Shown here: one piece after another, positions 18,176 to 26,237 of the stretch | How positions within the stretch are numbered: position 1 is the first letter of the stretch | How the letters are laid out: every line of letters starts with the position of its first letter | From: Candidatus Saccharimonadota bacterium | Lineage (GTDB): Bacteria > Pseudomonadota > Gammaproteobacteria > Johnevansiales > Johnevansiaceae | Strand: one strand, 5' to 3' | NCBI RefSeq assembly: GCF_902713755.1 | Contig: NZ_LR744089.1 | Length of the DNA: 32,000 bases | The notes under the pieces: generated by a model | Databases searched by the model: none | Told to the model about the DNA's origin: nothing | The model's input: only the letters and a program-made list of their open reading frames with translations | Position numbers and translations under genes: made by a program

Positions 18176-18802
18176 ATGGAAAAATTTATTAATCACAAAG
18201 GTTTAGTTGTACCTATTAATAGATCTAATATTGATACTGATTTAATTATTCCTAAACAATTTTTAAAATCAATTAATCGTAGTGGTTTTGGTTTTAATTT
18301 ATTTGATGGATTACGTTATATTGATGAAGGTTATCCAAAAAAAAAAAACAGGTTAATAAATAAAGATTTTGTATTAAATAAATATAGATATAAAGGAGCT
18401 AGTATATTATTAACACGTAAAAATTTTGGATGTGGTAGTTCTAGAGAACATGCAGTTTGGGCTCTTAAAGAATATGGTTTTAAAGTAATTATAGCACAAA
18501 GTTTTGCAGAAATATTTTATAATAATGCTTTAAAAAATGGTATTCTTCTTATAACGTTAAAAAAAATTTTTATTGATGAAATTTTTTTATCTGTATACAA
18601 CCTAAAAGGTTATATGTTAGATATAAATTTGCCAAAACAAATAATATATAAACAAAGTGGAAAAAAAATTAATTTTTCAATAGATCCTTTTAGTAAATAT
18701 TGCTTAGAAAATGGTTTAGATGATATAGGTATTACTTTAAAAGAAATAAATACTATTAAAAGTTTTGAAAATATTCATAAAAAAAATAATCCTTGGTTAT
18801 AA
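18176..18802 (+). CDS. leuD: 3-isopropylmalate dehydratase small subunit
   Basis: 208 aa. NIDTDLIIPKQFLK and NFGCGSSREHAVWAL match LeuD. Confidence 0.96.
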   Translation: MEKFINHKGLVVPINRSNIDTDLIIPKQFLKSINRSGFGFNLFDGLRYIDEGYPKKKNRLINKDFVLNKYRYKGASILLTRKNFGCGSSREHAVWALKEYGFKVIIAQSFAEIFYNNALKNGILLITLKKIFIDEIFLSVYNLKGYMLDINLPKQIIYKQSGKKINFSIDPFSKYCLENGLDDIGITLKEINTIKSFENIHKKNNPWL

Positions 18803-18808
18803 AATAAT

Positions 18809-19900
18809 ATGAAAAATGAAATTTTAATATTACCAGGTGATGGTATTGGTCCTGAAGTAATAAATGAAGCAGTTAAAGTTATTAAACTATTGCAAAAAAA
18901 GAAATTAATTAATTCAGTTATTCGTTATGCTAAAATTGGAGGTTACGCAATAGATAAAGTAGGTTTACCACTTCCAAATGATACATTAAAAGCAGCAAAA
19001 TCAGCTCGTGCAATTTTATTAGGTGCTGTAGGAGGTAACAAGTGGGATAATATAAAAGACTTTAATAAACGTCCTGAATATGGATTATTAAAATTACGTA
19101 AATCCTTAAATTTTTTTGCTAATTTAAGAAATACTATTTTTTATCCACAACTTTTATCATCAAGCATTAAATCAGAAATATTATCAAATGTTAATATTAT
19201 GATTGTAAGAGAATTAAGTCAGGGTATTTATTTTGGTAAACCAAGAGGAAGAGGTATTTTATATAATGAATATGGTTTACGGTATGGATATAATACATCA
19301 AATTATGATGAAAAAGCAATACGTAGAATTGGTATAATAGCTTTTGAACTTGCTAAAAACCGTAAAAAAAAAATTTGCTCAGTAGATAAAGCTAACGTTC
19401 TAGAAGTTTCAATGTTATGGAGAGAAATAATTACTGATTTATCCAATGAATATCCTGATGTAAAATTATCTCATCTATATATTGATAACGCTTCAATGCA
19501 ACTTATATTATCACCAAAAACCTTTGATGTTATTGTTACTGGAAATATGTTTGGAGATATTCTATCAGATGAAGCTGCTAATTTAACAGGATCAATAGGT
19601 ATGTTACCTTCAGCTTCTATAAATTCAATAGGACAAGGTTTATTTGAACCATGTCATGGTAGTGCTCCAGATATTGCTAATAAAGGAATTGCTAATCCTA
19701 TTGCTACAATTTTATCAGTTTCAATGATGTTACATTATTCTTTACAAAAACCTTTATTATCTAAATATTTAAATATAGCTATAAATAATGTTTTAAATAA
19801 AGGTATACGTACAGCAGATATAAATTATACTGGTAAAACTTTAGTATCTACAAAAATAATGGGTGATGTAATAATTGAAGAATTTGAAAAATTAATTTAA
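18809..19900 (+). CDS. leuB: 3-isopropylmalate dehydrogenase
   Basis: 363 aa. LPGDGIGPEV, DKANVLE, NMFGDILSDEA and HGSAPDIA match LeuB. Confidence 0.96.
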   Translation: MKNEILILPGDGIGPEVINEAVKVIKLLQKKKLINSVIRYAKIGGYAIDKVGLPLPNDTLKAAKSARAILLGAVGGNKWDNIKDFNKRPEYGLLKLRKSLNFFANLRNTIFYPQLLSSSIKSEILSNVNIMIVRELSQGIYFGKPRGRGILYNEYGLRYGYNTSNYDEKAIRRIGIIAFELAKNRKKKICSVDKANVLEVSMLWREIITDLSNEYPDVKLSHLYIDNASMQLILSPKTFDVIVTGNMFGDILSDEAANLTGSIGMLPSASINSIGQGLFEPCHGSAPDIANKGIANPIATILSVSMMLHYSLQKPLLSKYLNIAINNVLNKGIRTADINYTGKTLVSTKIMGDVIIEEFEKLI

Positions 19901-19926
19901 ATATAAACAAAATAATTAGGAAAATT

Positions 19927-21021
19927 ATGCTTAAAATGGGTTTCGTTGGATGGAGAGGTATGGTTGGTTCAGTTTTAATACAACGTATGATTGAAGAAAA
20001 TGATTTTAATTATATTGAACCTATTTTTTTTTCTACTACTAAATTTGGTAAAACTTGTCCTATTATTGATACAAAGATACAAAATGCTTATGATATAAAT
20101 AAACTAAAAAAATTAAATGTAATTATTACTTGTCAAGGAGGAGATTATACAGATAGGGTTTATAAGAGTTTACGTAATTCTGGTTGGAACGGTTATTGGA
20201 TTGATTCTTCAAGTAAACTTAGAATGGATAGTAATTCAATTATTGTGTTAGATCCTATAAATATGAAAGTTATAGAACAAAGTTTATATTTAGGTATAAA
20301 AAATTTTATTGGAGGTAATTGTACAGTAAGTTTAATGTTGTTAAGTTTAGGTGGTTTATTTAAAAATAATCTTATAGAATGGATTACTTCAATGACATAT
20401 CAAGCAGCTTCTGGAGCAGGATCTAAACATATGGTTGAGTTATTAAATCAAATGCGTATACTTGGTAATATAGTTAATAAAAATAACCAGGCCAAATCAA
20501 TTTTAGAAATTGATTCTAAAATTAATAAGTATATGGGTAAACTACCTATAGAAAATTTTGGTGCTCCTATAGCTGGTAGTTTAATTCCTTGGATAGATAA
20601 AAAGATGGATAATGGACAAAGTAAAGAAGAATGGAAAGGAAATGTTGAAACTAATAAAATTTTAGGTTTTTCTCCTAATACTATTAAAATAGATGGTATA
20701 TGTGTAAGAATAGGTGCAATGCGGTGTCATTCTCAAGCATTTATTATTAAGTTGAAAAAAGATATTCCTATCAATGATATAGAATCAATAATTAAAGAGC
20801 ATAATCCGTGGGTTAAAGTTATAAAAAATGATAGTAATCATAGTTTAAAAAAATTAACACCAGCAGCAGTATCTGGTACTATGAATATACCAATAGGTAG
20901 ATTACGTAAATTATCTATAGGAAAAAAATATATAACTGCATTTACAGTTGGAGATCAATTATTATGGGGGGCTGCTGAACCTATTAGAAGAATGCTAAAA
21001 ATACTAGTTATGTCGTTATGA
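19927..21021 (+). CDS. asd: Aspartate-semialdehyde dehydrogenase
   Basis: 364 aa, nearly colinear with E. coli Asd: GFVGWRGMVGSVL, GGNCTVSLML, YQAASGAG, CVRIGAMRCHSQAF, FTVGDQLLWGAAEP. The start could instead be the ATG at 19936. Confidence 0.96.
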   Translation: MLKMGFVGWRGMVGSVLIQRMIEENDFNYIEPIFFSTTKFGKTCPIIDTKIQNAYDINKLKKLNVIITCQGGDYTDRVYKSLRNSGWNGYWIDSSSKLRMDSNSIIVLDPINMKVIEQSLYLGIKNFIGGNCTVSLMLLSLGGLFKNNLIEWITSMTYQAASGAGSKHMVELLNQMRILGNIVNKNNQAKSILEIDSKINKYMGKLPIENFGAPIAGSLIPWIDKKMDNGQSKEEWKGNVETNKILGFSPNTIKIDGICVRIGAMRCHSQAFIIKLKKDIPINDIESIIKEHNPWVKVIKNDSNHSLKKLTPAAVSGTMNIPIGRLRKLSIGKKYITAFTVGDQLLWGAAEPIRRMLKILVMSL

Positions 21022-21024
21022 TGT

Positions 21025-21834
21025 ATGAATTTTATTTATGGACGTATAGCTTTTGGTATTGAATATTTTGGTATTGAATATTTTGGTTGGCAAAGGCTTA
21101 AACAATATAATACTATACAACAAACTATAGAAGAAGCTGTAAAGATATTTACAGGACACTCAATTACTTTAAAAGCTAGTTCTCGTACAGATTCGGGGGT
21201 ACATGCAACACGTCAAATAGCACATTTTGATTCATATATTTGTCGTAGTCAAAAATCATGGGTAATGGGTATTAACTCTAATTTACCTAGTGATATTAGA
21301 ATTCGTTGGGCCGTTAAAGTAGCAGATAATTTTAACTCTCGTAAAGCAATTGCTAGAAGATATAGATATTTAATCTATAATAATTTTATACCATCAGCTT
21401 TAATACGGAATACTATGAGTTGTCATAAAACACCTCTAAATATAAATAATATGCATATTGCTGCTCAAAGCTTAATTGGTAAGCATGATTTCACATCTTA
21501 TCGTTCTTCAAGTTGTCAATCTAGAAATACAATTAAAATTTTACATTTTATTGAAGTACGTAGATATGGTCATATATTAATAATTGATATACAAGCAAAT
21601 TCATTTTTACAACATATGGTTAGAAATATTGTTGGAGTTTTATTAGAGATTGGTGATGGTCGTCGTTCAGTAAATTGGTGCAAAGAAATTTTATTAAAAA
21701 AAAATCGCAAAGAAGCAGGAATAACAGCTAAAGCAAAAGGATTATATTTTGTTGATGTTATATTTAATAAAGAATTCCAAAATCAATTACCTTATAGAGT
21801 TGAACCTATTGAACCTCATTTATTTTATATATAA
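21025..21834 (+). CDS. truA: tRNA pseudouridine(38-40) synthase
   Basis: 269 aa. GWQR, the catalytic SRTDSGVHAT, RRYRYLIYN, GKHDFTSYRSSSCQS and FLQHMVRNIVG match TruA. Confidence 0.94.
   Translation: MNFIYGRIAFGIEYFGIEYFGWQRLKQYNTIQQTIEEAVKIFTGHSITLKASSRTDSGVHATRQIAHFDSYICRSQKSWVMGINSNLPSDIRIRWAVKVADNFNSRKAIARRYRYLIYNNFIPSALIRNTMSCHKTPLNINNMHIAAQSLIGKHDFTSYRSSSCQSRNTIKILHFIEVRRYGHILIIDIQANSFLQHMVRNIVGVLLEIGDGRRSVNWCKEILLKKNRKEAGITAKAKGLYFVDVIFNKEFQNQLPYRVEPIEPHLFYI
21055..21084 (+). repeat. Perfect 15-bp tandem repeat GGTATTGAATATTTT x2 inside truA (encodes GIEYF-GIEYF)
   Basis: Read directly: 21055-21069 and 21070-21084. The repeat is in frame. Confidence 0.95.
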
Positions 21835-21858
21835 ATATAAGAATGGAGTATATTTTAA

Positions 21859-22494
21859 ATGAAAACCAAAAGAGTAAGAGTAAAATATTGTGGAATTACT
21901 AATAAATCAGATCTAAAAGAGGCTGTAAATTTTGGAGTTGATGCTCTAGGTTTTATACTTTGGCCTGTTAGTAAACGTTCTATTGATATTCATCGTTTAA
22001 TTCTTTTATCTAATAAAGTTCCTGTTTTGGTTTCTCGTGTTGGTGTTTTTTTTAATCAAAGTTATGAGTTTATATCTTGTTGTGCTCCTTATTTAGATAT
22101 TTTACAATTTCATGGTAATGAAACGCCTAAGTTCTGTAATTTATTTAATAAACCATGGATAAAAGCATTACGTATGTATAATAATATTGATATACTGATG
22201 GAATCAGAAATTTATAGTAAATCATCAGGTTTACTTTTAGATACTTATTGTGCAGATATACCAGGAGGTACAGGAAAAAGTTTTGATTGGTATAAAATTA
22301 AACCAAATATTAACAATAATATAATTTTAGCAGGTGGATTAAATCATTTTAATGTAAATAAAGCTATTAAAATAGTTTCACCTTTTGGTGTAGATGTTGC
22401 TAAAGGTATTGAATTATCAGAAGGTATAAAAGATACTTATAAAATGAATGCTTTTGCTATAGCTGTTAATAAAGCAAATAGTAAATTTTATTAA
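21859..22494 (+). CDS. trpF: N-(5'-phosphoribosyl)anthranilate isomerase
   Basis: 211 aa. VKYCGITNKSDLKEAVNFGVDALGFILWPVSKR, then LQFHGNE and ILAGGL, fit the monofunctional TrpF pattern. Confidence 0.88.
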   Translation: MKTKRVRVKYCGITNKSDLKEAVNFGVDALGFILWPVSKRSIDIHRLILLSNKVPVLVSRVGVFFNQSYEFISCCAPYLDILQFHGNETPKFCNLFNKPWIKALRMYNNIDILMESEIYSKSSGLLLDTYCADIPGGTGKSFDWYKIKPNINNNIILAGGLNHFNVNKAIKIVSPFGVDVAKGIELSEGIKDTYKMNAFAIAVNKANSKFY

Positions 22495-22506
22495 AAGGAT
22501 ATATAC

Positions 22507-23109
22507 ATGGGTTTATTATCTGGATGCAATGGTTTAATATTAGGTGGAGCTTTAATTGTAGTAATAGGAGCGCAAAATGCATTTGTTTTAAATCAAGGAT
22601 TACGTGGTAATTATCCATGGATGGTAGCATTAATATGTGCATTGTGCGATGTAATATTAACTTCAACAGGGGTTGCAGGACTTTCAGTATTTATACAAAA
22701 ACATAAAGATTTTATTATTATAGCACGTTGTATAGGTATATTATTTTTAATATTACAATCTATAAAAGCTTTTATACGGATGCGTGAATCAGAACATTTA
22801 ATAGTTAGTAAATATTGTTATAAAGGAAGATTAAGTATTATTTTAAGTACCCTTGCTGTTACATTACTTAATCCACATGTTTATTTTGATACATTATTAA
22901 TGTTAGGTACTATTGGTGCTTCTCAGGCTTATCCATGGATGTTTGTATTAGGAGCTGGATTAGCTTCTTTTTTATGGTTTTTTAGTTTAATATTTATAGC
23001 TAGAAGATTGAAAATCTTACTATCATCTTCTAATGTATGGAAATTAATAGATTTTATTACTGGAATAATTTTGTTAATTGTAGCTTGGCAATTAATAATA
23101 CCTTTTTAA
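22507..23109 (+). CDS. argO: LysE/ArgO-family basic amino-acid exporter
   Basis: 200 aa, colinear with E. coli ArgO: GAQNAFVLNQGLR, LAVTLLNPHVYFDTLLMLG, ASFLWFFSL. The substrate (Arg or Lys) cannot be read from the sequence. Confidence 0.85.
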   Translation: MGLLSGCNGLILGGALIVVIGAQNAFVLNQGLRGNYPWMVALICALCDVILTSTGVAGLSVFIQKHKDFIIIARCIGILFLILQSIKAFIRMRESEHLIVSKYCYKGRLSIILSTLAVTLLNPHVYFDTLLMLGTIGASQAYPWMFVLGAGLASFLWFFSLIFIARRLKILLSSSNVWKLIDFITGIILLIVAWQLIIPF

Positions 23110-23113
23110 ATTT

Positions 23114-24370
23114 ATGTTAGATCTTAAATTAATTTGTAATAACATTAATAATGTTGTAAAAAGATTATCAAACCGTGGTTTTGAATTAGATATTAAAAAA
23201 TTTAAAAAATTGATAAACTTACGCAATAAACTTAAAAAAAAGACTGAAAAATTACAAAATAAACGTAATATTATATCTAAAACTATAGGTAATATAAAAA
23301 AAACAGGTGCAAATATAAAACATCTAATTTTAGAAGTTAATAAACTAAATAATAAACTTCATAAAAACATTTTACATTTAGAAGCAACGAAAAATAAAGT
23401 TTGTAAAATTTTATTTAAAATACCAAATTTACCACATAAAAGTGTACCAATAAAAAAAAATATAGAAATAATACGTTGGGGAATTCCTAAACATTTTAAT
23501 TTTTCAATACGTGATCATATTAAAATAGGATTACTAAATGGTGATCTTGATTTTGAATTAGCAACTAAAATAACTGGGTCTAGATTTACTGTAATACGTG
23601 GCAAATTAGCTAAATTACATCGTGCTTTAATACAATTTATGTTAGATAAGCAAGTTAATGATCATGGTTATGAAGAAATGTATGTGCCATATATAATAAA
23701 TAGAAATTCTTTAGTAGGTACAGGTCAATTACCTCAATTTTCTAAAAATATTTTTTCACTTGAAGGAGAAAATGAATATTTTCTTGTTCCTACAGCTGAA
23801 GTTCCTTTAGTTAATAGTGTAAGTGGGAAAATATTAAATATAAATGATTTACCAATTAAATTAACAGCACATTCTCCTTGTTTTAGAAATGAACCAGTAT
23901 CTTATGGAAATGATTCTCGTGGTATTATGAGACAACATCAATTTGATAAAATAGAATTAGTACAAATAGTACATCCTGATAAATCTTATGTTGTATTAGA
24001 AGATATGACTAAACATGCTGAAGAAATTTTAAAAGCATTAAAATTACCGTATAGAGTTATAATTTTATGTACTGAAAATATAAGTTTTTGTGCATCTAAA
24101 ACTTATGATATAGAAGTATGGATCCCTAGTCTAGGTAGCTATAGAGAAATTTCCTCTATATCTAATTGTGAAGATTTTCAAGCAAGAAGAATAAAAACTA
24201 GATTTCGTAAAAATAAAGAAAAACCTAATTTGGTACATACACTTAATGGGTCTGGAATAGCTGTAGGTCGTTGTTTGTTAGCTATAATGGAAAATTATCA
24301 AAACGAAGATGGATCTATTACAGTACCTGAAATTTTACGTTCTTATATGTGTGGAATTAAACGTATTTAG
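23114..24370 (+). CDS. serS: Seryl-tRNA synthetase
   Basis: 418 aa. It has an N-terminal coiled-coil arm and class II motifs (TAEVPL, FRNE, RQHQFDKIELV, GSGIAVGRCLLAIMENYQ). Confidence 0.96.
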   Translation: MLDLKLICNNINNVVKRLSNRGFELDIKKFKKLINLRNKLKKKTEKLQNKRNIISKTIGNIKKTGANIKHLILEVNKLNNKLHKNILHLEATKNKVCKILFKIPNLPHKSVPIKKNIEIIRWGIPKHFNFSIRDHIKIGLLNGDLDFELATKITGSRFTVIRGKLAKLHRALIQFMLDKQVNDHGYEEMYVPYIINRNSLVGTGQLPQFSKNIFSLEGENEYFLVPTAEVPLVNSVSGKILNINDLPIKLTAHSPCFRNEPVSYGNDSRGIMRQHQFDKIELVQIVHPDKSYVVLEDMTKHAEEILKALKLPYRVIILCTENISFCASKTYDIEVWIPSLGSYREISSISNCEDFQARRIKTRFRKNKEKPNLVHTLNGSGIAVGRCLLAIMENYQNEDGSITVPEILRSYMCGIKRI

Positions 24371-24376
24371 TGAAGT

Positions 24377-24459
24377 GCCGAGCTGGTGAAATTGGTATAC
24401 ACGCAGGTTTTAGGTACCTGTGTCATAATGACTTGGGGGTTCAAGTCCCCCGCTCGGTA
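24377..24459 (+). tRNA. tRNA-Leu (anticodon UAG), class II with a long variable arm; CCA is not encoded
   Basis: Folded by hand. The acceptor GCCGAGC pairs with GCTCGGT. The D arm is GTGAAATTGGTATACAC. The anticodon arm is CAGGT-TTTAGGT-ACCTG, with TAG at 24411-24413. The variable arm is GTCA-TAA-TGAC. The T arm is GGGGG-TTCAAGT-CCCCC, and the discriminator is A. It closely parallels E. coli tRNA-Leu(UAG). Confidence 0.9.
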
Positions 24460-24475
24460 ATAGTAAAAATTAATT

Positions 24476-24820
24476 ATGGAAAGAATTTTAATAAACAAAA
24501 AATATATTGAATTGGATTCAGAAGGATATTTAAAATGTATTAATGATTGGAATCCTTATGTAGGACATGAATTAGCTGATAAAGAAGGACGTAAACTTCT
24601 TTATGAACATTGGGAAATAATATTATTATTACGTAAATTTTACTATAAATATAAAATATCACCTACTATGGTTCCTTTAATTAATGAACTTAAACATTTA
24701 AATTATAAAAAAGGAAATTCTATATATTTACTTAAATTATTTACTTCTAAAACTTTAGAAAGTCCTGCACGTATTGCAGCTAGAATATCTGGATTGCCTA
24801 AACCAAAAAATTGTATATAA
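24476..24820 (+). CDS. tusE: Sulfurtransferase TusE/DsrC family
   Basis: 114 aa, colinear with E. coli TusE: ELDSEGYLK, EHWEII, KGNSIYLLKLF, C-terminal GLPKPKNCI with the conserved Cys. Confidence 0.9.
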   Translation: MERILINKKYIELDSEGYLKCINDWNPYVGHELADKEGRKLLYEHWEIILLLRKFYYKYKISPTMVPLINELKHLNYKKGNSIYLLKLFTSKTLESPARIAARISGLPKPKNCI

Positions 24821-24827
24821 TATTATT

Positions 24828-25400
24828 ATGAATAAATCAATTAAAGAAAGTAATATTATTATTACTAAAAGCGCACAAAATTATTTAGCTAATCTTTTAT
24901 ATAATCATAATATAGCTAATGGCGTTAGAATTTTTCTAAATAAAAAATACGCAGAACCTAGTATAGAGTTTTGTTATAAATTATCAGATAACGATATAAA
25001 AATAAAATTATCAAAATTAAATGTATACTTAGATAAAGAAAGTTTGCCTTTTATAAAAAATGCTGTAGTAGATTTTACTATGGATAGATTAGGTGGTAAA
25101 TTAACAATTAAAATTCCTAAAACTGAAAATAACTATGATTTGGAAAATAAAGTTAATTTTATAATTGATAATGAAATTAATCCTAGTTTAGCTTCTCATG
25201 GTGGCTTTATTAGATTAATAAAAATTAATAATGAAAAAAATGCTATTTTGCAATTTGATGGGGGATGTAAAGGATGTGTATCAGTAAATTTAACTTTAAA
25301 AAAACATGTTAAAAGAATTTTGTTAGAACGTATACCAGAATTAACAGAAATTATTGATTTAACTGATCATACTGATAATAATAAAGCTTATTACAAATGA
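24828..25400 (+). CDS. nfuA: Fe-S cluster carrier/biogenesis protein NfuA
   Basis: It has an A-type-like N-domain (IIITKSAQNYLANLL) and a Nfu C-domain with GGCKGC. I take the ATG at 24828 as the start. The longer ORF from 24774 would overlap tusE. Confidence 0.85.
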   Translation: MNKSIKESNIIITKSAQNYLANLLYNHNIANGVRIFLNKKYAEPSIEFCYKLSDNDIKIKLSKLNVYLDKESLPFIKNAVVDFTMDRLGGKLTIKIPKTENNYDLENKVNFIIDNEINPSLASHGGFIRLIKINNEKNAILQFDGGCKGCVSVNLTLKKHVKRILLERIPELTEIIDLTDHTDNNKAYYK

Positions 25401-25816
25401 ATAATATTGAATATATTCAAAAAAAAATTATAAATGAATTAAAGTTTTTCGATAATTGGATAGACCGTTATAAATATATACTTGATTTAGGTAAAAAGTT
25501 ACCTGAAATGCCTGCTAAATGGAAAAAACCTAAATATCTTATTTCTGGATGTCAATCTAATGTATGGATCTATCATAAATTTATTGATAATAAAATTCAT
25601 TTTATTGCTACTTCTGATGCATCAATAGTTTTAGGATTAATTGCTATTATATTAAGAATTTATAATTATAGAAATCCAAGAGAAATTTTATCCACACCAT
25701 TAGATTTAACAAAATTTGTATATTTAGAACAACATTTATCAATAACAAGACACAATGGATTAAATGCTATGTTATCACATATATATTATATAGCATCTAT
25801 CTATATAATAAATTAG
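25397..25816 (+). CDS. sufE: Cysteine desulfuration (sulfur acceptor) protein, SufE/CsdE family
   Basis: 139 aa. RYKYILDLGKKLPEMP...ISGCQSNVWI...SDASIVLGLIAI...QHLSITRHNGLNAM matches SufE, including the active-site Cys. The start overlaps the nfuA stop (ATGA). Confidence 0.85.
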   Translation: MNNIEYIQKKIINELKFFDNWIDRYKYILDLGKKLPEMPAKWKKPKYLISGCQSNVWIYHKFIDNKIHFIATSDASIVLGLIAIILRIYNYRNPREILSTPLDLTKFVYLEQHLSITRHNGLNAMLSHIYYIASIYIIN

Positions 25817-26237
25817 GTGATATTATTGATTTTTTTACTATTTTAGCATTATTATTTAATAATTTTGTATAAAAACAACTTATTCGCCCAGAATGGCAAG
25901 AAGGGCCATATTGATCTACTTTAAATAAAAGAGTGTCTCCATCGCAGTCTAAATAGACTTCTTTTAATAACTGTATTTTTCCTGATTTTTCTCCTTTTTG
26001 CCATTTTTTACATCTTGATCTAGACCAATAAGAAACATAATATCCAATTTTTGTATCTATTAAAATATTTTTATTTATCCAAGCTAACATTAATACTTCA
26101 CCACTATCATATTGTTGAGTAATTACAGGTATTAAACCTTCTTTATTCCAATTTATAGATTCAATAATAATATTATTAGAATATTCATCACCAATATTAG
26201 ACAATTCTATTGATTTAAAAAACATTTTCTTTATCAT
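25797..26237 (-). CDS. hisI: Phosphoribosyl-AMP cyclohydrolase (monofunctional HisI)
   Basis: 146 aa. GLIPVITQQYDSGEVLMLAWIN, YWSRSR, WQKGEKSG, DCDGDTLLFKV and GPSCHSG..SCFY match HisI. The 3' end overlaps the sufE 3' end by 20 nt. Confidence 0.9.
   Translation of the reverse strand: MIKKMFFKSIELSNIGDEYSNNIIIESINWNKEGLIPVITQQYDSGEVLMLAWINKNILIDTKIGYYVSYWSRSRCKKWQKGEKSGKIQLLKEVYLDCDGDTLLFKVDQYGPSCHSGRISCFYTKLLNNNAKIVKKSIISPNLLYR

Noticed and set aside
16749-21021. UGA-to-Trp recoding, as in some tiny symbiont genomes
   Set aside because: TGA is used as the stop for aroC (16750-16752), asd (21019-21021), nfuA and pheS, at positions matching normal protein ends. The Trp residues I checked are TGG. 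The standard bacterial code fits.
22466-22666. 66-aa ORF antisense to the trpF/argO junction
   Set aside because: It is antisense to supported genes and is spurious.
24377-24459. Assumption that the class II tRNA right after serS is tRNA-Ser
   Set aside because: Hand folding puts TAG at anticodon positions 34-36, with U33 and G37. The D arm (GTGAAATTGGTATACAC) parallels E. coli tRNA-Leu(UAG). It is tRNA-Leu, not tRNA-Ser or tRNA-Sec.
24774-24827. Longer NfuA N-terminus (ORF-track start at 24774)
   Set aside because: It would overlap tusE by 47 nt and add residues with no counterpart in NfuA. The ATG at 24828 gives the canonical N-terminus.
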